A DNA stretch of 64,000 bases from contig NW_003314269.1 of the NCBI RefSeq assembly GCF_000143415.4, forward strand, positions 2,301,544-2,365,543. The letters run 5' to 3'. This document shows positions 63,201 through 64,000 of this stretch, one piece after another. How positions within the stretch are numbered: position 1 is the first letter of the stretch; each line of letters starts with the position of its first letter. A program made the position numbers and the translations under genes. The stretch comes from Selaginella moellendorffii (Eukaryota; Plantae; Lycopodiophyta). The notes under the pieces are model-generated. The model was not told where the DNA came from and ran no database searches. It saw only the letters and a program-made list of their open reading frames with translations.

Positions 63201-63715
63201 AAACTCCCACACTTAGCATACATATCAACCAAAGAGTTTGCTACCATCACCTCAAAGTCACAGCCAGCGATGGCAGCTCGAGAATGGAGCGCAAATCCTC
63301 TCTCCAGTGACGTTATCTTGATCAAAGCTCCTCCAGCATCTCGGCCGCCTTGCTCGATCGCTGCCATGGAGACGCAAGCCTTGATAGCAGCAAGGAAGGT
63401 GAGGGAGTTTGGCTGGCAATCCATTCGAGAGAAGCAGCCGAGCGCTGCCTGGCCTCCTCCAGGGGAGTTTTGCGCGTAGCCGAGGATGAGGGCGTTCCAG
63501 GAGACGACGTCGCGCCGCGGCATTGCGTCGAAGGCCTGGCGCGCCTCGGCCATGGATCCACACTTTGAATACATGCTCACCAGGGTGTTCGAGACTTGGA
63601 TGCTCTCCCTGGCGTCGCTGCATTGGGCGATCTGGGCGTGGAGGATCCTCCCCTTGCGCAGGTCCCTGGATTTGCCACACTCTTTGAGCTGAGCGACCAA
63701 AACCCTTGTGCTCAT
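60272..63715 (-). CDS. Large PLS-class PPR protein with extended L motifs and an E-type end, intronless
   Basis: ATG at 63715 (MSTRVL). Repeated L-S-P triplets (NSLVDMYAKCGS; VSWTALVLGYAENG); HYHCMVDLLGRA...TWMTVLAAC...TYVSMANIY. Confidence 0.9.
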   Translation of the reverse strand: MSTRVLVAQLKECGKSRDLRKGRILHAQIAQCSDARESIQVSNTLVSMYSKCGSMAEARQAFDAMPRRDVVSWNALILGYAQNSPGGGQAALGCFSRMDCQPNSLTFLAAIKACVSMAAIEQGGRDAGGALIKITSLERGFALHSRAAIAGCDFEVMVANSLVDMYAKCGSLMDARRVFDTMPEHTVVSWTVLVLGYVDNGEAEIALELFACIPDACGPIGARALVAGLKACSSLAAREEGKLQEEQGGGGGGGRVLKVETLKKAVALHSQAVECGCEMEGFVASSLVDLYSRCGDLEEARKILDRMSYDCVVSATALMLGYAEHGQGEKALELFARMGSRDSRAFLAALKACICLATKEDGKLVGGRIVKLKSLETGMDIHLEAVRSGHNADDIFVASSLVDMYAKCGSMIDARGVFDRMASHSVVSWTALVLGYAENEEGALALELLPRVESPNALTFVAGLKACAALGAKEDGDLIEGKLVKLLSLEKVMALELECGGLTSDIFVANTLLDVYAKCGSTLDARRVFDRMEFHTTVSWTALVMGYAENGEHELALELFSCMRSSIAPSALSFVAAMSACSGLAAKEEATKDDEQSFKLKSLERARNIYCEAVESGFQEDIFVANSAVDLLAKCGSLVDARRTFERIRRRNTVSWNALMLGYSENGEGEKCLNLFSRMEKEGQAPDARTFFAALKGCVVLASKEDENQAEKKKLSLETGMAIHLQAEKSGCCDSDVFVASTLVEMYAKCGSLVDARKVFDKIPGLNLSAWTALIQGYAEGGEELAGLEIFASLQSRKGYVASVPAFVAAIKACTGLAAKEKVGAAKIDGRTVKVESLRSGMAIHSQVERSDHSSNTMVANTLIDMYARCGSLVDARRVFDRAMIHSDSSWNTLILGYAENAEAELALELFSCMGSGSGGSPRPNSRTLVAALKACSAVASLGIARSIHSELLRRGIDRNVVLESSLVDVYGKCGSMAAAQREFDTIARVKRDLVTWNAILAGYARQGDAASVLGLFPRFREEGLRPDEITLASVLTACSRAGLVDKGREIFESMSSSCGVAPSLEHYHCMVDLLGRANRLEEAMAVVESMPFEANGVTWMTVLAACGKWKNAVVGKVAFDSLLELGQGDAATYVSMANIYHDLIDL

Positions 63716-64000
63716 GCAACCTAGGCCAAGAGCCCTAAATGAATACCATCCGTTGGATGGTCCTATATCCAATGGCTAACATTTGATTAAGCCGAATATT
63801 CTCGCTCTGGGAAGGCTTTCTTCGAACTGGTGTGAGAAGCACCAGCTTGTCTCCGTGAGAGATGGTCGAGCTGAGCGATTTGAAGGACAACTGTTTGAGC
63901 CAAGGCGATGACAGTGAGGCGGATGAAGAGTATGGTTTCGATGACGAGATCATCACATTCACTCGTTCGAGACCCGAATCCTAAACTGTCCGGATCCTAA

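Noticed and set aside
63735-64000. Short ORFs at the window end
   Set aside because: Too short and without motifs; cannot be judged without flanking sequence.

Overview
Compact, intron-rich land-plant nuclear DNA. Introns are mostly ~50-70 nt, intergenic gaps are tiny, and PLS-type PPR genes are abundant; this fits a lycophyte such as Selaginella (inferred, not proven). Layout: 1-4.6 kb decayed, nested Ty3/gypsy-like LTR retroelement ends; 5-8 kb PPR and P450 pseudogenes; 8-24 kb dense housekeeping block (mitochondrial CPN60, intronless LAGLIDADG-domain gene, TMCO1-like, PRP4 kinase, peroxisomal citrate synthase, ZC3H3/SOP1-like CCCH protein); 24-38 kb accessory region (P450 pseudogene, birth-and-death array of secreted bulb-lectin-domain genes, coiled-coil/PH/LRR gene, RNase T2, disrupted dirigent, 2OG-oxygenase remnant, intact P450); 38-64 kb SART3/PRP24, two U5 snRNA genes not shown in the ORF track, cyclin T, three PPR genes, SWEET, NodGS/FluG, two GH28 polygalacturonases and an SDR. 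Most notable: (i) a nuclear LAGLIDADG homing-endonuclease-derived gene with a likely organellar targeting leader and both catalytic aspartates replaced; (ii) a PPR gene starting ~80 nt behind a U5 snRNA gene on the same strand, possibly expressed by snRNA read-through; (iii) a PPR protein with a conserved insertion in seven consecutive L motifs; (iv) an unfamiliar CC-PH-LRR gene; (v) a candidate poison exon in PRP4 kinase. All calls come from reading the sequence by eye; no searches were run.
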